This document shows, in pieces, positions 1-17,223 of a DNA stretch of 64,000 bases. Position 1 is the first letter of the stretch, and each line of letters starts with the position of its first letter. The position numbers were made by a program, and so were the translations under genes. This DNA comes from the human T2T-CHM13v2.0 reference genome, Homo sapiens, in NCBI RefSeq assembly GCF_009914755.1, contig NC_060932.1. One strand, 5' to 3'. The notes under the pieces were generated by a model that ran no database searches, was not told the origin of the DNA, and worked only from the letters and a program-made list of their open reading frames with translations.

Positions 1-2504
1 TAGACTCCCACACAATAATAGTGGGATGCTTTAACACCCCACTGTCAATATTAGACAGATTGACAAGACAGAAAATTAACAAGGATATTCAAAACTTGAA
101 CTCAGCTCTGGATCAAGTGGACCTGATAGATATCTATAGAACTCTCCACCCAAAAACAACGGAATATACATTCTTCTTGGTGCCACATGGCACTTACCCT
201 AAAATCAATCACATAAATGGAAGTAAAATACTCCTCAGCAAATGCAAAAGAACTGAAATAATAACAAACAGCGTCTCAGACCACAGCACAATCAAATTAG
301 AACTCAAGATTAAGAAACTCACTCAAAACCACACCACTACATGAAACTGGACAACCTGCTCCTGAATGGCTCCTGGGTAAATAATGAAATTAAGAAAGAA
401 ATTAAGAAGTTCTTTGAAACCAATGAGAATAAAAGAGACAATATACCAGAATCTCTGGGATGCAGCTAAAGCAGTGTTAAGACGGAAATTTATAGCACTA
501 AATTCTCACATCAGAAAGCTAGAAAGATCTCAAATTAGCACCCTAACATCACAACTAAAAGAACTAGAGAACCAAGAGCAAACAAACTCAAAAGCTAGCA
601 GAAGACAAGAAATAACCAAGATCAGAGTGGAACTGAAGGAGATAGAGACTCGAAAAACCCTTCAAAAAATCAATAAATTCAGGAGCATGTTTTTTGAAAA
701 AAATTAATAAAATAGATAGACTGCTAGCTAAACTAATAAAGAATAAAAGAGAGAATAATTAAATAGACACAATAAAAAATGATAAAGGGGATATGACCAC
801 TGACCCAACAGAAATACAAACAACCATCAGAGAACACTATAAACACCTCTATGCAAATAAACCAGACAATCTAGAAGAAATGAATAAATTCCTGGACACA
901 TAACACCCTCTCAAGACTGAACCAGGAAGAAGTTGAATTCCTGATTAGACCATTAACAAGTTCTGAAATTGAGGCAGTAACAAATAGCCTATCATCCAAA
1001 AAAAGCCCAGGACCAGATGGATTTACAGCTGAATTCTACCAGAGGTACAAAGAGAAACTGGTGCCATTTTTTCTGAAACTATTCCAGACAACTGAAAAGG
1101 AGGGACTTCTACCAACAGAACAGAACAGAGGTCCCAGAAATAAGACTGCACATCTACAATGATCTGATCTTCCACAAACCTGACAAAAACAAGCAATTGG
1201 GAAAGGATTCCCTATTTAATAAATGGTGCTGAGAAAACTGGCTAGCCATATGCAGAAATTTGAAACTGGACCCCTTCCTTACACTTTATACAAAAATAAA
1301 CTCAAGATGGATTAAAGACTTAAATGTAAAACCCAAAACTACAAAAACTCTAGAAGAAAAGCTAGGCAATACTATTTAGGACACAGATATGAGCAAAGAT
1401 TTCATTGAAAACATCAAAAGCAATTGCAACAAAAGCAAAAATTGACAAATGAGATCTAATTAAACTAAAGGATTTCTGCACAGCAAAATAAACTATCATC
1501 AGCATGAACAGACAACCTACAGAATAGGAGAAAATTTTTGCAGTCTATCCATATTACAAAGGTCTAATATCCAGAATCTACAAGGAACTTAAACAAATTT
1601 ACAAGAAAAAAAAATGACAAAATTAAAAAGTAGACAAATGACATGAACAGACACTTCTCAAAAGAAGACATTTATGCAGCCAACAAACATAAGAAAGAAA
1701 GCTCAACATTACTGATCATTAGAGAAATGCAAATCTAAACCACAATGAGATACCATCTCACACCAGTCAGAATGGCGATTACTAAAAAGTCAAGAAACAA
1801 CAGATGCTGGTGAGGCTGTGGAGAAGTGGGAATACTTTTACACTGTTGGTGGGAATGTAAATTAGTTCAACCATTGTGGAAGACAGTGTGGTGATTCCTC
1901 AAAGACCTAGAACCAGAAATACCATTTGACTCAGGAATCTCATTACTGGGTATATACCCAAAGGAAGATAAATCATTCTATTACAAAGATACATACATAT
2001 GTATGTTCACTGCAGCACTATTCACAATAGCAAAAACATGGAGTAACCCAAATTCCCATTAAATATAGACTGACTGGATAAAGAAAATGTGGTACATATA
2101 TACACCATGGAATATTATGCAGCCGTAAAAAGGAATAAGGTCATGTCCTTTGCAGGGACATGAATGGACCTGGAAGCCAATATCTTCAGCAAACTAACAC
2201 AGGACCAGAAAACCAAATACCACATGTTCTTACTCATAAGTGGGAGCTGAACAATGAGAACACATGGACACAGGGAGGGGAACAAAACACACTGGGGCCT
2301 GTCGGGGACAGCATCAGGATAAATAGCTAATGGGATAAATAGCTAATACATGTGGGGCTTAATACCTAGGTGATAGGTTGATAGGTGCAGCAAACCACCA
2401 TGGCACACGTTTACCTATGTAACAAACTTGCACATCCTGTACATGTATCACAGAACTTAAAATTAAATCTAAAAAAAAATAAAAAGTAAAATAAAGCAAA
2501 AATA
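1..2504 (+). mobile_element. LINE-1 (older L1PA, ~L1PA7-10), ORF2 remnant to 3' UTR and A-rich tail; continues beyond the window start; internal deletion of the RT region
   Basis: ORFs 21-344 (DLIDIYRTLHP...SDH, endonuclease C-terminus) and 384-707 are L1 ORF2 pieces. 3' UTR 'cttaatacctaggtgataggttgataggtgcagcaaaccaccatggcacacg' and A-rich tail ~2456-2504. Multiple stops and frameshifts. Confidence 0.95.
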
Positions 2505-3000
<496 letters not shown>

Positions 3001-3476
3001 CACGGACACAGTAAGTATGAGAAGCTAACTTAGAACATACGGTATCCCTCTGTCTGACAGTCAAATATTCCCCACTCAAGTACTTGACTGGGGAGGGCCA
3101 GTACCATCGCCATTAGCTTGTGTGAGTCTTAGGAGGTGCACTGACATTTTTTGATGAATTTTCAATTCCAATAGTGTGACCCAATCCAGCCGCAAGCTTT
3201 CAGCCTGTAAATGACTGAAAATTCTGCTAAGATTGCTTGAAGATATTTATAAAACAGTATTTGGATATTACAGAGGAAAAACAACAAAAATCTCAAGCTC
3301 GAATGTGAACAAGTGTGCATGGGCACCATCCATTGGGAGATTCAACACTTGATGGAGACTGGGCAGCAGGAAGGACTCACTCAACCTCAGGAACAGGGCA
3401 AGATCCCATAGACGCATAAAGTCAAGATTGCTATGTTCCGAATTTGCCATTTTAACAGACTTTCAAGTGCAGTTAA

Positions 3477-6237
<2,761 letters not shown>

Positions 6238-6679
6238 TCAAGACAACCTGGATGGAGTCAGCCTTAATGTCACTGATAAACAATGTACACGCCTGTCACG
6301 TTTTCCATTCATTCAACACTGGCTAGCTGGCTCTGCTGAAGCAGAGGAAGTTAATGCAATAATATAATGAAGAAGCAAGAGGAAGCCTGTACAGGGAGGT
6401 AATTATCATCAACTAGGGAAGGCCTAGTTCTTGATATATGATTATTTCAAGGAAAGAAGAAAGCACTGACTTCTGTCTTGTGACCTGTTTCCCTTCTTAA
6501 GTTTGACCAAAGGGGAAATGGCCTTCCAAAACACCAGGAGTGAGAGGCTGTGGTAGATAGCTCATTGTTAGTAGATATTTTTTGAGATTTTTGAGGTGGG
6601 TTGTCATCGTCACCCCCTCACTTAGCATTCTGGGTTTTTTTCCCTTTTATTTTTCCACTGGAAATTACTTTTAGAAAAT

Positions 6680-7590
6680 TTATTGGTTTTTTATTACTAA
6701 CATAAGAAATTTGCTCAAAGTTAGTGGCTTAAAACAATACAGATTTATCATCTCATATTTCTGTAGTTCAGATGTCCAAACTGGGTCTCACTGGGCTCAA
6801 ACCAAGGTGTTGGAGAGGCTACATTTCTTTAAGGAGGCTCTAGGGAAGAATTCATTTCCTTGTTGTCATGGGTTGAATTGTGTTCCCTCCAAAATGAGTG
6901 CTAAGGTCCTAACTCCCTGTCTCAGAATGTGAGTTTACTTGGAAATAGAACCTTTGCAGATGATCAAGTTAAGTTGAGCCTGTTAGGATAGGCCTTAATC
7001 CAATATGACTGTGTTCTTATAAAAAGGGAAAGTTTGGGAGCAGATACATGCACACTGGAAGACCACCATGTGAAGAATGGACTTATGCTGCCACATCCAG
7101 GGAAACACCAGAGACTGGGAGAGAGTACTGGAGCAGATCCTTCCTTAGTGTCCTGCAGACACTGTGATCTCAGACTTCTGGGCTCCAGAACTTAGAGAGA
7201 ATAAACTTCTCTTTTTTGACCCACTCATTTTGTAATATTTTGTCACGGCAGCCCTAGAACATTAATACGCTCTTCTTTTCCAGCTGTGGAAGCTGCCCAC
7301 ATTCCTTGGCTTTTGTCTCCTTCCTCCATCTTCAGAGCCAGCAGCATTGCATCTCTCTGACTTCTTTCATAGTTGCATCTCCCCCCAACCACAGCCAGAA
7401 CGACTTCTCCAATTTTAAAAACTCATGTGACAGTAAGCCCATCTAGGTAATCCAGAATAATCTCTCCACATCAAGGTCTTTAATTTAATCCCATCTACAA
7501 AGTCTCTTTTGCCATGTAAGGTAACACATTCAGAAGTTCCGGGGATTAGGGCATAGGCAGCTTTGGGTAGTGGGCATTATTCTGCCCACC
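6680..7590 (-). mobile_element. MaLR LTR (MLT1C/D-like), split by a second MLT1 LTR
   Basis: 'ttagtggcttaaaacaa...ggaggctctagggaagaattcatttccttg' resumes after 7269 as 'cttttccagc...cacattccttggct...gggcattattctgcccacc'. Confidence 0.75.
6864..7269 (+). mobile_element. MaLR LTR (MLT1B-like), nested in opposite orientation
   Basis: Starts 'tgtcatgggttgaattgtgttccctccaaaat', contains AATAAA at ~7199, ends 'ggcagccctagaacattaatacg'. Confidence 0.8.
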
Positions 7591-8633
7591 TGAGAAGAAT
7601 AAATTTTAAAGCATCATAATGAAATAGATTAACAGATATTTTTATCTGGAGGGGCTTGCTGAAAGCTGAGGTCAAGAATCGGGGGAAATGCCTGGGGTGG
7701 GAAAAGATTGTGTTGGAGGAGGTGGCATCAGGAGACATACCTGGGAAAGGCAGGCCTGGGCAGAAGCCACGTAGGAGAAGCAAATATCCAATATCCAGGT
7801 GCAGTGGAGGACTGCCAGGTAAAGTTCAAAGCCAAAACCCTTGCACAAATCCTTGCTCTGCCAGGTAGAGCATTACTTATATTCACGGGTAGAGCTATCT
7901 GACTTTGAGGCTGTTACTTATCTTCTTTGCACCTCAGTATCTCATATAAAGTAAAGGAATATCATCTACCTTCCAGAGCTATAGCAAGGCACAAATGAGA
8001 TCATAACAAATGGACATCTATGAAGTGTGTGGCAGACATTATTTGTGTTATGTCCTGTAAACTATAAAGCTCTCTAACAGTGACAATATTATTGCCCCCT
8101 GCCTCCCAGAAAAAACGGGAGTGCCAAAGGAGAGGAGAGATACTCAGAAAGATACAAACTTTTCTATTCCCACAACTTGGCTTAGAATAAGTTATAGCAC
8201 TGAGACACATTTCAAGAAAAGGGGAGAAGGAGAAAGGGGATGAAAACCTACCGACCATCCACAGTTGGCTAGGTGTTGTGATAACACCTTGCCTATATTT
8301 TCACATCTGCTTTCACACTAGACATCAGCTGGGGTTGTCACTAACCATTGGCAATTGAGGAAGTCAAGTCTTAAACTGCAGTGCTAAGGGGCAGATCTGG
8401 CTTCCCTTCCAGTCTGTCTGCCTCCTAAACACTGTCTGCCCCACTATGTAGATAATCCAGGATAACCTTTGCATCTCAAAGTTAGAAGCACAGTTAGAAG
8501 AGGGTCCCAAGGAACTACCTTATCCAATAAACTCATTACATATGGAGTCAGAGGTAATTTTGTTGCTGGATCATTATTGTGTCTTGAGTAATTTAAGGGT
8601 AGAATATAATTCCCATATAAAAGATAAATTCTT

Positions 8634-8987
<354 letters not shown>

Positions 8988-9098
8988 TTAGAGGCCTTGC
9001 TCTTTTCAGGTAGACAAGTATTCCCCAAATTAAAAGAATAATATCTGAACTATTTGCCCAAACCACAACTTTCCAGGGTAATGTGGATATTCTTCTGA

Positions 9099-9434
<336 letters not shown>

Positions 9435-10799
9435 AGAAAATTTTTGAAACTCAGCCAAGACCTGTATAATGCAGTGGAAATGTACCTAATTAGAATTCTG
9501 TTGGACCAGTTTCATTTTCTTGGTCTGTTGCAAAACAAATGATTAAATGTAAGTGCAAACAACACATCTTTTTGGTAATATTGGTGTATTTTTTTCCTTT
9601 AAAATTAAGGTAATTATTTGCCTATGAAGCAATTTGTTTCTGCAGTTCATCAACCATAGTCTTGATAGCCTTGGAACCTGAATCATTTAATATACACTTT
9701 GCAAAGGCTTATTCGTTTTAGCTGAGACATGGTTGTCCTCAATTACATAGTTTTTGTGAATTATTCTGGACTCTAAACAATTTTGGATGTCTCCAGTGAA
9801 TATACTTTCTTTATAACTTCTCTGATGACATCTGTTTATGTTCTGAATGCCAGCCTAAACAATCTCTCCCTCTCCTCTCCATTTCCTTACCCACCTCCCC
9901 ACACCATCCCCTCATACACACACTCCTGCCACTCTCCCCTCTGAAATCACTTCCAAATACAAGAGGTTTAATGCAGTCTCTCTTCAAGTGCCTCCACTCT
10001 TCCAAACCCCTTGGTCACTCATTTTGATATGCCTCTTCTTAAAAAGATGTTATCTGTCACCACCCACATCCAATCTATCCCAATTTCCCATGTAAAAGTT
10101 TCTCTAACACTTCCCCTACTCCACATCTTTCTCAGTGCCATCACATTAATAATTGCAATAGCCCCTTATCTGTTTTCCCTTTTACCATCATGATTGTCTT
10201 AAATTTATCTCCACTCAATTTCCAGAGTTATTGGCTGAAGCAGAAACCTGGCTAATTCATTCAACCATTAAATCTCCTTGGCCTGTCACTCACAGAGTAA
10301 TTTTTTAAATGTTTGGAATCTTAAAAGATTCTGGGAAGAACATCTTGGGCTTCAAAAAAATCAAGATTTGGGGGTGGCAGCTGGGGGCCACGAATACCCC
10401 AGACCCCCTTTGACTTGAAGAAGTCCTCTTTTTTTGTTTTGTGATTTATATCTAAAATTTCACTGAAGAGAATTGGTTACATAGATTAAAACAGTTTGAG
10501 GACGTGGCTACTGGCTGAAGTACATACCCTCAGGAACCCATGGCCTAGTCCTGTCCTCGCCACTTTCTGACTCATGCACCCACTGCCCACTAGTAACACC
10601 CATGGAAGGGCTGATACCTTCCTGAACACACTGTGTTGTTTTGTGCCTCTCAGCTTCTGTCAGTGTTGTTCCCTATGTCCCTGCCCTTCCCACATTTTCT
10701 CAATCCTCCTGTGAGCATGAACTAAGATGTATCCCTTCCAGGCAGGCTTACTGGAAGCCCTGAGTTGTGTAATGGTGTTTGAGTCTTTGCTTCCACTTT

Positions 10800-11570
10800 G
10801 TATCATGTTTTGTAGTTTTTGACTGGATGCTGGACATTATGTATTAAAATTAGTAGATCTTCTGAAATGAAATGTGTTTTCTTTCTTCTAAAATGATTAC
10901 ATTTTATTCTGAGAGGCAGATAAACAACAAGCAGATTACCTACTAGCTTTAAGTTTGTTAGGGTTGTTCTATTTCTGTGGCGCTTCTGTGATGTCAACTG
11001 AGAGCCTGGGGTGTTGACCAGGGTTCTTCCATTTTTAAGAGAACTTGAACTGTACCTCTGTCCTCCAAGCACCTTGTGGCTGCTAAAATATCTGCTCAGT
11101 ACTTTATTGGCCCAATTACTGTTTTCTGCAGGCTCTCTTGGAGTTTTAAATTGAACAGCTTAGGAGTTGGTTAACACCTCTATGGGAGATTGCACACAGA
11201 TTTGGGGGCTCACTTAGCTGGGGTTCCCTCTTTTCCTGTATTTTTCTTATCCAGGCTCAGCTTCTTTGACAACCTGGATCCAACCTCTCCCCTCAACCTA
11301 TCAGGACTGCAAACTTCTGACAAAACTCTTCCATGGCATTATGAATTAACAAGTACTCTCAAGGAAGAAGCGGGGTGAATGGAGCTCGCTTCCTTATATT
11401 TGCCTGCTCTCAGGGACTACAGCATTTTCAGTCCTGCCAACTGGATTGCTCTCATGCTTTTCAACAGCAATCATAATTTCATGTATTCTGTACAGTTTTT
11501 CTAGTTGTGTTTTGTACAAAGGCTATTTAATGCAAGCCACTTCATCATGATCAGAGCAGGAAATGCATGT
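10800..11570 (-). mobile_element. Ancient L1M 5'-region fragment
   Basis: Degenerate resemblance to the L1M antisense strand ('ttttgtagtttttgactggatgctggacatt...'); boundaries approximate. Confidence 0.45.
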
Positions 11571-11873
11571 GTTTAGTTTTAATTTGCATATGATGTTATA
11601 AATTAGTTTATATTACCATATCAGTTGTTGTATATTGTGTTTATCACATCATCCCTGTCTATAGGCATAAAAGCTGGCTTCAACTATATGAACAAAAGCA
11701 TGACAAAAAGATAACAGCCTTGTTACTAGAATTAGAAGTCAGTGAACTCAGGGTTTCTAAAATTCCCCTTTACACAGAGTGAGATTGGCCTCAATGCTAA
11801 TATAAGGACAGATCCAAAAGGTAAAAAATATCCCAGATATTTGGATTGGTGCTAGACTAATACCCACACCTAA

Positions 11874-11875
<2 letters not shown>

Positions 11876-11914
<39 letters not shown>
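11876..11914. repeat. (CA)n microsatellite
   Basis: Visible CA run with one interruption near its end. Confidence 0.95.
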
Positions 11915-11915
<1 letters not shown>

Positions 11916-12048
11916 TCTTTACTTGCTACTTCTCCAAGATGGTAGAAATTCTAATTTATCACATTTTCATAGTTTATGTGGCCCATCCTGTATTACTTCT
12001 TTATTTTTTTACAATGAATATTCCCCAAACTTTCAATTTCTTTTTTTT

Positions 12049-12189
12049 TTCACTGTGGTAAAAAGGTTTGTGTATACAATTTTGGAAAGATTCCAAATGC
12101 TAGGGGAAATTAAGGTAAATTGTTTTTCTTTACTCTACAGTTTATAAAACCTATATTATATATCATTCAGCTCTATTGTATCATGTTGA
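12049..12189 (+). repeat. Copy 1 of a ~140-bp local direct repeat
   Basis: Aligns to 13471-13608, with a 37-bp identical core 'attttggaaagattccaaatgctaggggaaattaagg'. Confidence 0.9.
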
Positions 12190-13470
12190 CAGCATTATGA
12201 CTTCTTTAGAAAATCAAGTTGACTTTCATCCCAAATCTTTAATACATCATTAAGACTCTGTATCAAGACCTACTATATCTTTTGGATTTTATCAAAATTG
12301 GTGGCTCAATATTACAGAAAGATGCCAGGTAGGTCAAAAAGTGCTCAAACCAGAAAGTCTAAGATCCTGCGCCCGTTTCCATTCTGGAGGACAGTTACTA
12401 ATCAAACACCAACACCAAAGAGAGAATTCCACAACACCAATATCTTGCATTCTTCTTGTCTGAGGCACCATTGCTGACTGACATTTTTTTGGTCACTGAG
12501 GTCACCAAAACTCTCTGCTGTTGTCCAAGATAAAGAGAGCATCATTTAATTACTGTATATGCCCCCCTTTTAGTTATTTTTCCACTGAATCTTGCAAAAA
12601 AAGATCATAATAAGACATAGTTGTTGTTGTTGCTTCATCTTAAAAGAGGATGGAGAAGGACTATGGTTTTGATGATGACATGAAGGTTACGAAAGAATGT
12701 TTAACAATAATGGGTTATCTAATAATGATATAACACCAAAACTATAAAACTAATAGCTTAGTTAGGGTGAGGGGAACATGAATTTTAAAAAGTAGAAGAA
12801 AACATGTTTTCTACACAAATGAGAGAAACTTTCAGATAGAAAATATCACTGGTGTCATCAGTTTGCTTTTATTATAATTTAAGGAAAGGAATTGCTTAAG
12901 GAAAAATTTTAAGTAACTTTATATTCTCATTTCTTAGATGTTGTCATCTCCTCCAGAAACCCAAAGATATGTTAGAGTTAAAGTCTTTTAAAAATAAACT
13001 GGAAAATGTACTCTGTCCGCAGTAGACAACATCAATGTTTTAAAAACTGGATTACAGCAATTCCTCATTGTTCATTTGCTTTCACACTGCTTGTGGCTCT
13101 CTAAAGTGGTCCCTGCCCCTTACTTTTCTTTGCCATGTCAGATGTGCGAGGGGCACCCTGGCATCTGCTGCCTACCCCTGGTCTCCTCCCAGATGCACTT
13201 CCTGGCCTCTGAGATAACAAGTATCTTCTTCTCCCACCCGGTTCCCCAACAAAAAAATGAACCTAGTCTCCACCACCTAAACAGTTTCTTCCCATCTTTT
13301 CCAATTGCATAAAAGAAAATCTACCTAAGCCCTAGTGACTCTTCAGTTTTTTTTCTCTAATGTTCTTTAATATGTAAAATTGGATGGTTTTTCATTTTCA
13401 AAAAGACTTTGTGAAATCATGTGTTTCATAAACTTTGCCTTAATTTCCAAATTAAACTATATATATATAA

Positions 13471-13608
13471 TTCACTGTGGAAAATAGGTTTGTATATACT
13501 ATTTTGGAAAGATTCCAAATGCTAGGGGAAATTAAGGAAGTTGTTTTTCTTTACTCTTCATTTTATAAAATCTATTCTGTATCACTCAGTTGGGTTGTAT
13601 CATGCTGA
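13471..13608 (+). repeat. Copy 2 of a ~140-bp local direct repeat
   Basis: Aligns to 12049-12189. Confidence 0.9.
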
Positions 13609-14359
13609 AAGAAATATGGTATGGAACAATAGATCGCACAGAAAATCTTTGGCAGGAAGAATGCACCTAGAGCACTTAAGATAGTACTTTGCATAAAAGA
13701 CCTCAAATAGCTGTGGGATTCAAGGGTGTTGAAGTGTGAGCAAGTTTCATCTTGGGACACTTTGGGTAGTACTGTAGGAATCCCAATATATACTGCGAAT
13801 AGTTATAACTTCACAAGAAAATGCATTTTTGATCTTAGTAGTAATAATAACATACATTTAGCGTATGGTTTTTTGACACACAAAAAGATTTTTATCTGTC
13901 CAGGATAGTTTAACTTTCAGAAGCAGTATGCAATCATTATCACCATCTACGTGATCAAAGGAAGTTTCCGGAACCCAGCAACATGCTGGTTCTGAGCATC
14001 TCAGCTGCTGGTCAGGCAGTGATGGTGCTGGCACTCAGCAGTCAAGCCAGTGAGAAGCGCTTCCAAGCAGGGGTCCATGACCTTGCAGTCCCCTCCAAGG
14101 AAGGCACTGGTGTCACCATAGCCTGCAGCCAAGTAAAAGGATCTTGGCAGAGATCCAGAGACTCAGCTCAGGTCACAGAGGTTGGAGACCACATTTGTGT
14201 CCGCTTTGGTTTCAGTTCCCAGGGGACATGGAGGACAAAGCTTGGACGTCGAGTCAGATGAACTTTTGTGAAATACTCCTCTGAGTATTTTTGTGAAACC
14301 TAAGTTAAAAACTTAGTTCTTTAAATAAATAAATATTTGTTAGATACAAATTGTAGCTA

Positions 14360-14920
14360 ACATGTCCTGAAATTTCACTAGGTGCCTCCTAAGATCAACT
14401 CATTTAATTTTCATAACCACCTCATAAGGTGTATTAGTCTGTTCTGACTGCCATAATAAAATACCATAAATTGAGTGGCTTAAACAACACGTAAGTATTT
14501 CTCACAATTCTGTAGTCTTGGAAGTCCAGGAACAAGGCACTTGCAGATGTGCTTCCTGGTGAGGGCCCAATTCTTGGTCTTTGGGGTGTCCTCGCATGGT
14601 GCAGAGAGGGAGGGGAAAAAGAGAAGGGGGAGGGGAAAAAGAGAAGGAGGAGGGGGAGAGAGAGAGAGAGAGAGAAAACTCTCCTTTTATAAGAGGCTTC
14701 AATATATGAATTTGTGGGGAGACATCAATATTCAGTCCATAACATGAGGCATGTCTACTATTACTTTCATTTTACAAATAGGGCCTGTTTCCCAGACAAG
14801 AACACTGAGGCACAGAGAGATGAGATTCCTTGCCCATTGTTCACACAGCTTCCATGTGGTAGAGTCTGATGTGAATCCCATCAATTTTCAGCGCCTGTGT
14901 GTGCCCACTCTACTACATAG
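14360..14920 (-). mobile_element. MIR, split by an MLT1A LTR
   Basis: 'aactcatttaattttcataaccacctcataagg' resumes as 'tgaggcatgtctactattactttcattttacaaatag...aacactgaggcacagagag'. Confidence 0.7.
14430..14744 (-). mobile_element. MaLR LTR (MLT1A-like)
   Basis: TG...CA ends ('tgtattagtctg' ... 'cagtccataaca'); 5-bp TSD taagg/tgagg; internal (GA)n. Confidence 0.85.
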
Positions 14921-14959
14921 CCTCCCTTCTACAGGGTTTGCATGTAGGCTGGTCTGCTG

Positions 14960-15155
14960 GCATGTCCTGGCTCTGTTTCTCAGTAGCTGTACAGCTAGTC
15001 AGTTTCTCCGACTAACTGAAGGTCAGTATCCTCAGCTGGGTACAGCAGAAGATGATAAAACTGATCTTGTGTGTAATTTCTAGTCTTAAATGCAACAATG
15101 CACATAAAATGTCTAACATAGTGCCTGGCTCTTTGTATGTGCTCAATAAAAGTTA
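14960..15155 (+). mobile_element. MIR fragment
   Basis: 3' end 'aacatagtgcctggctctttgtatgtgctcaataaa'. Confidence 0.6.
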
Positions 15156-15297
15156 AAGGTAATTAGTAAGGCCTTCAGTAATAAATACTGAATAAAAGAT
15201 AAGAGTTGTTATGGCTGTCATTACACCACACCATCTCTTAAATTTAAGAGATACTCTTCTAACTTGCCCTGCACTGTTCTGGAAAAACTGGAAAAAG

Positions 15298-15661
<364 letters not shown>

Positions 15662-17223
15662 TTAGTTGTTAAAATATAAAATATTCTATTCAATATAGAA
15701 ATATGTGAAGTAAAAATGACAATCTCCCTTATGTTCCCTCTGTTCCGTTTCCTTCCCTAGTGGTAAGTGGCATTCATTATAGAGAATACGATTAGGCATA
15801 ATTTTGGGGAAAGTGGAATATTTTTCTGCATAGCTTTAAACATTTTTGCAAAGTAACTTTAAAAATGACTATTCAAGTGTAGCTAGCTAATTTTTTCAGA
15901 CACCATGACATTCAGCTTCCTAGTGAGTTAAACAAAAACAGCAGAAGCAGTTTGATATTTCATTTTTCTCAAGGACGTGCAAAAAAGTGACCGTAGAGTT
16001 TCTTCTCAGAGGAATTCCACAAGCATTCAGGAAGGCCACTCTACAATTCAAACTTAATCATTATGGTTTCAAACGCAATCCCATTCAAAGTTACTCAAGG
16101 GAAAGTCATTTACCAGAGCAAAATATCAGGATAAAATCAGCAATAGTCAAGACTGGAATCCCGCCTTCCTATGCTGAAGCAGTGCTTGTCTTCCACAATT
16201 CCTTGAAGACAGACTTCCCAGACTGGGTGAGGATTATACCCAGATGTCAAAAGGCAGAGTGTACATGGTGAGTGTATTAGAAATGGTGAGATGATAGGTG
16301 GCAGAAAGAAATTTTTTGCCCTGCTGGCCTCTTAGTTCTCTCTCTTCTTTTCTCTAGTGATAAGAGAGTGTTTGTAGTATAGAACACAGAAACCGTGACT
16401 TTGCTGGCAATTTATGCTTTGACGTTATGCTGTGAGAGGCAGGCAGTGTTAGCAGGTGAGAGGCCTGTTTGTATCTTAGACCTGCCATGCCAAAGAATGT
16501 AAAAGGCCTGCCTTTCACAGCTGCCCTTTCTTCATGGATCTGGCACCACAATCAACGTGATTTTAAGACTTTTTAGAACCCCATTGGGCTAGAGCCAAGA
16601 CCCTGGAGAAGCGAACTGACAAATAGAAGAGATCAAAGCAAACGAAGGTGAGAAGAGGAAGAGGAAGACAGGCAAGGGACCATCCAACCAAAAGATATCC
16701 TGAGACAAGGAAGGAAACCTCGGGACCTCCTCTGTGCTTGGAGTACTCAGAGTCAGCTGGTTTTCTCTCGGGGTAGACATGGCCTGAATGCCTTTCCAGA
16801 CACTGCAGAGCGTCACTGAGTAGCTACATTTACAGCATCCTTTACAATCCTGCCCACAAACAGGTAATGATCCCTGTGGTCTGAACTTCAAACTGATATG
16901 AAGGACAACTGATCTCTGTATGGATAAAATGCATTAATTCCCAGTGGCAAGCTGCGGTTGAAAAACTTGGAAATATTAAAGAAGCGGGTAAACCTACAAT
17001 CACCTGAACAAATGGTCACTCTGTGGAGGTGGTCTATGTTAAATAAGACAGTTGATGCTTGGGGAAAACTAGCCATGTTTAAGATACAGAATCAACCATA
17101 CAAATAAAAGGCAAACGTGTTGCTCATGGCTAAACATCATATAAGCTGCACCACACAGTGTGAATATCAATTTGGCCTGTTTCTGCCTAGAGATAGAGTA
17201 AGAGCATTTGTAGATACAGCATG

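Noticed and set aside
12049-13608. Direct repeats read as a CRISPR-like array or as the paired LTRs of a provirus
   Set aside because: There are only two copies, no repeat-spacer periodicity, no clear TG...CA ends, PBS, polypurine tract or TSD, and no coding interior. Kept only as a local duplication.
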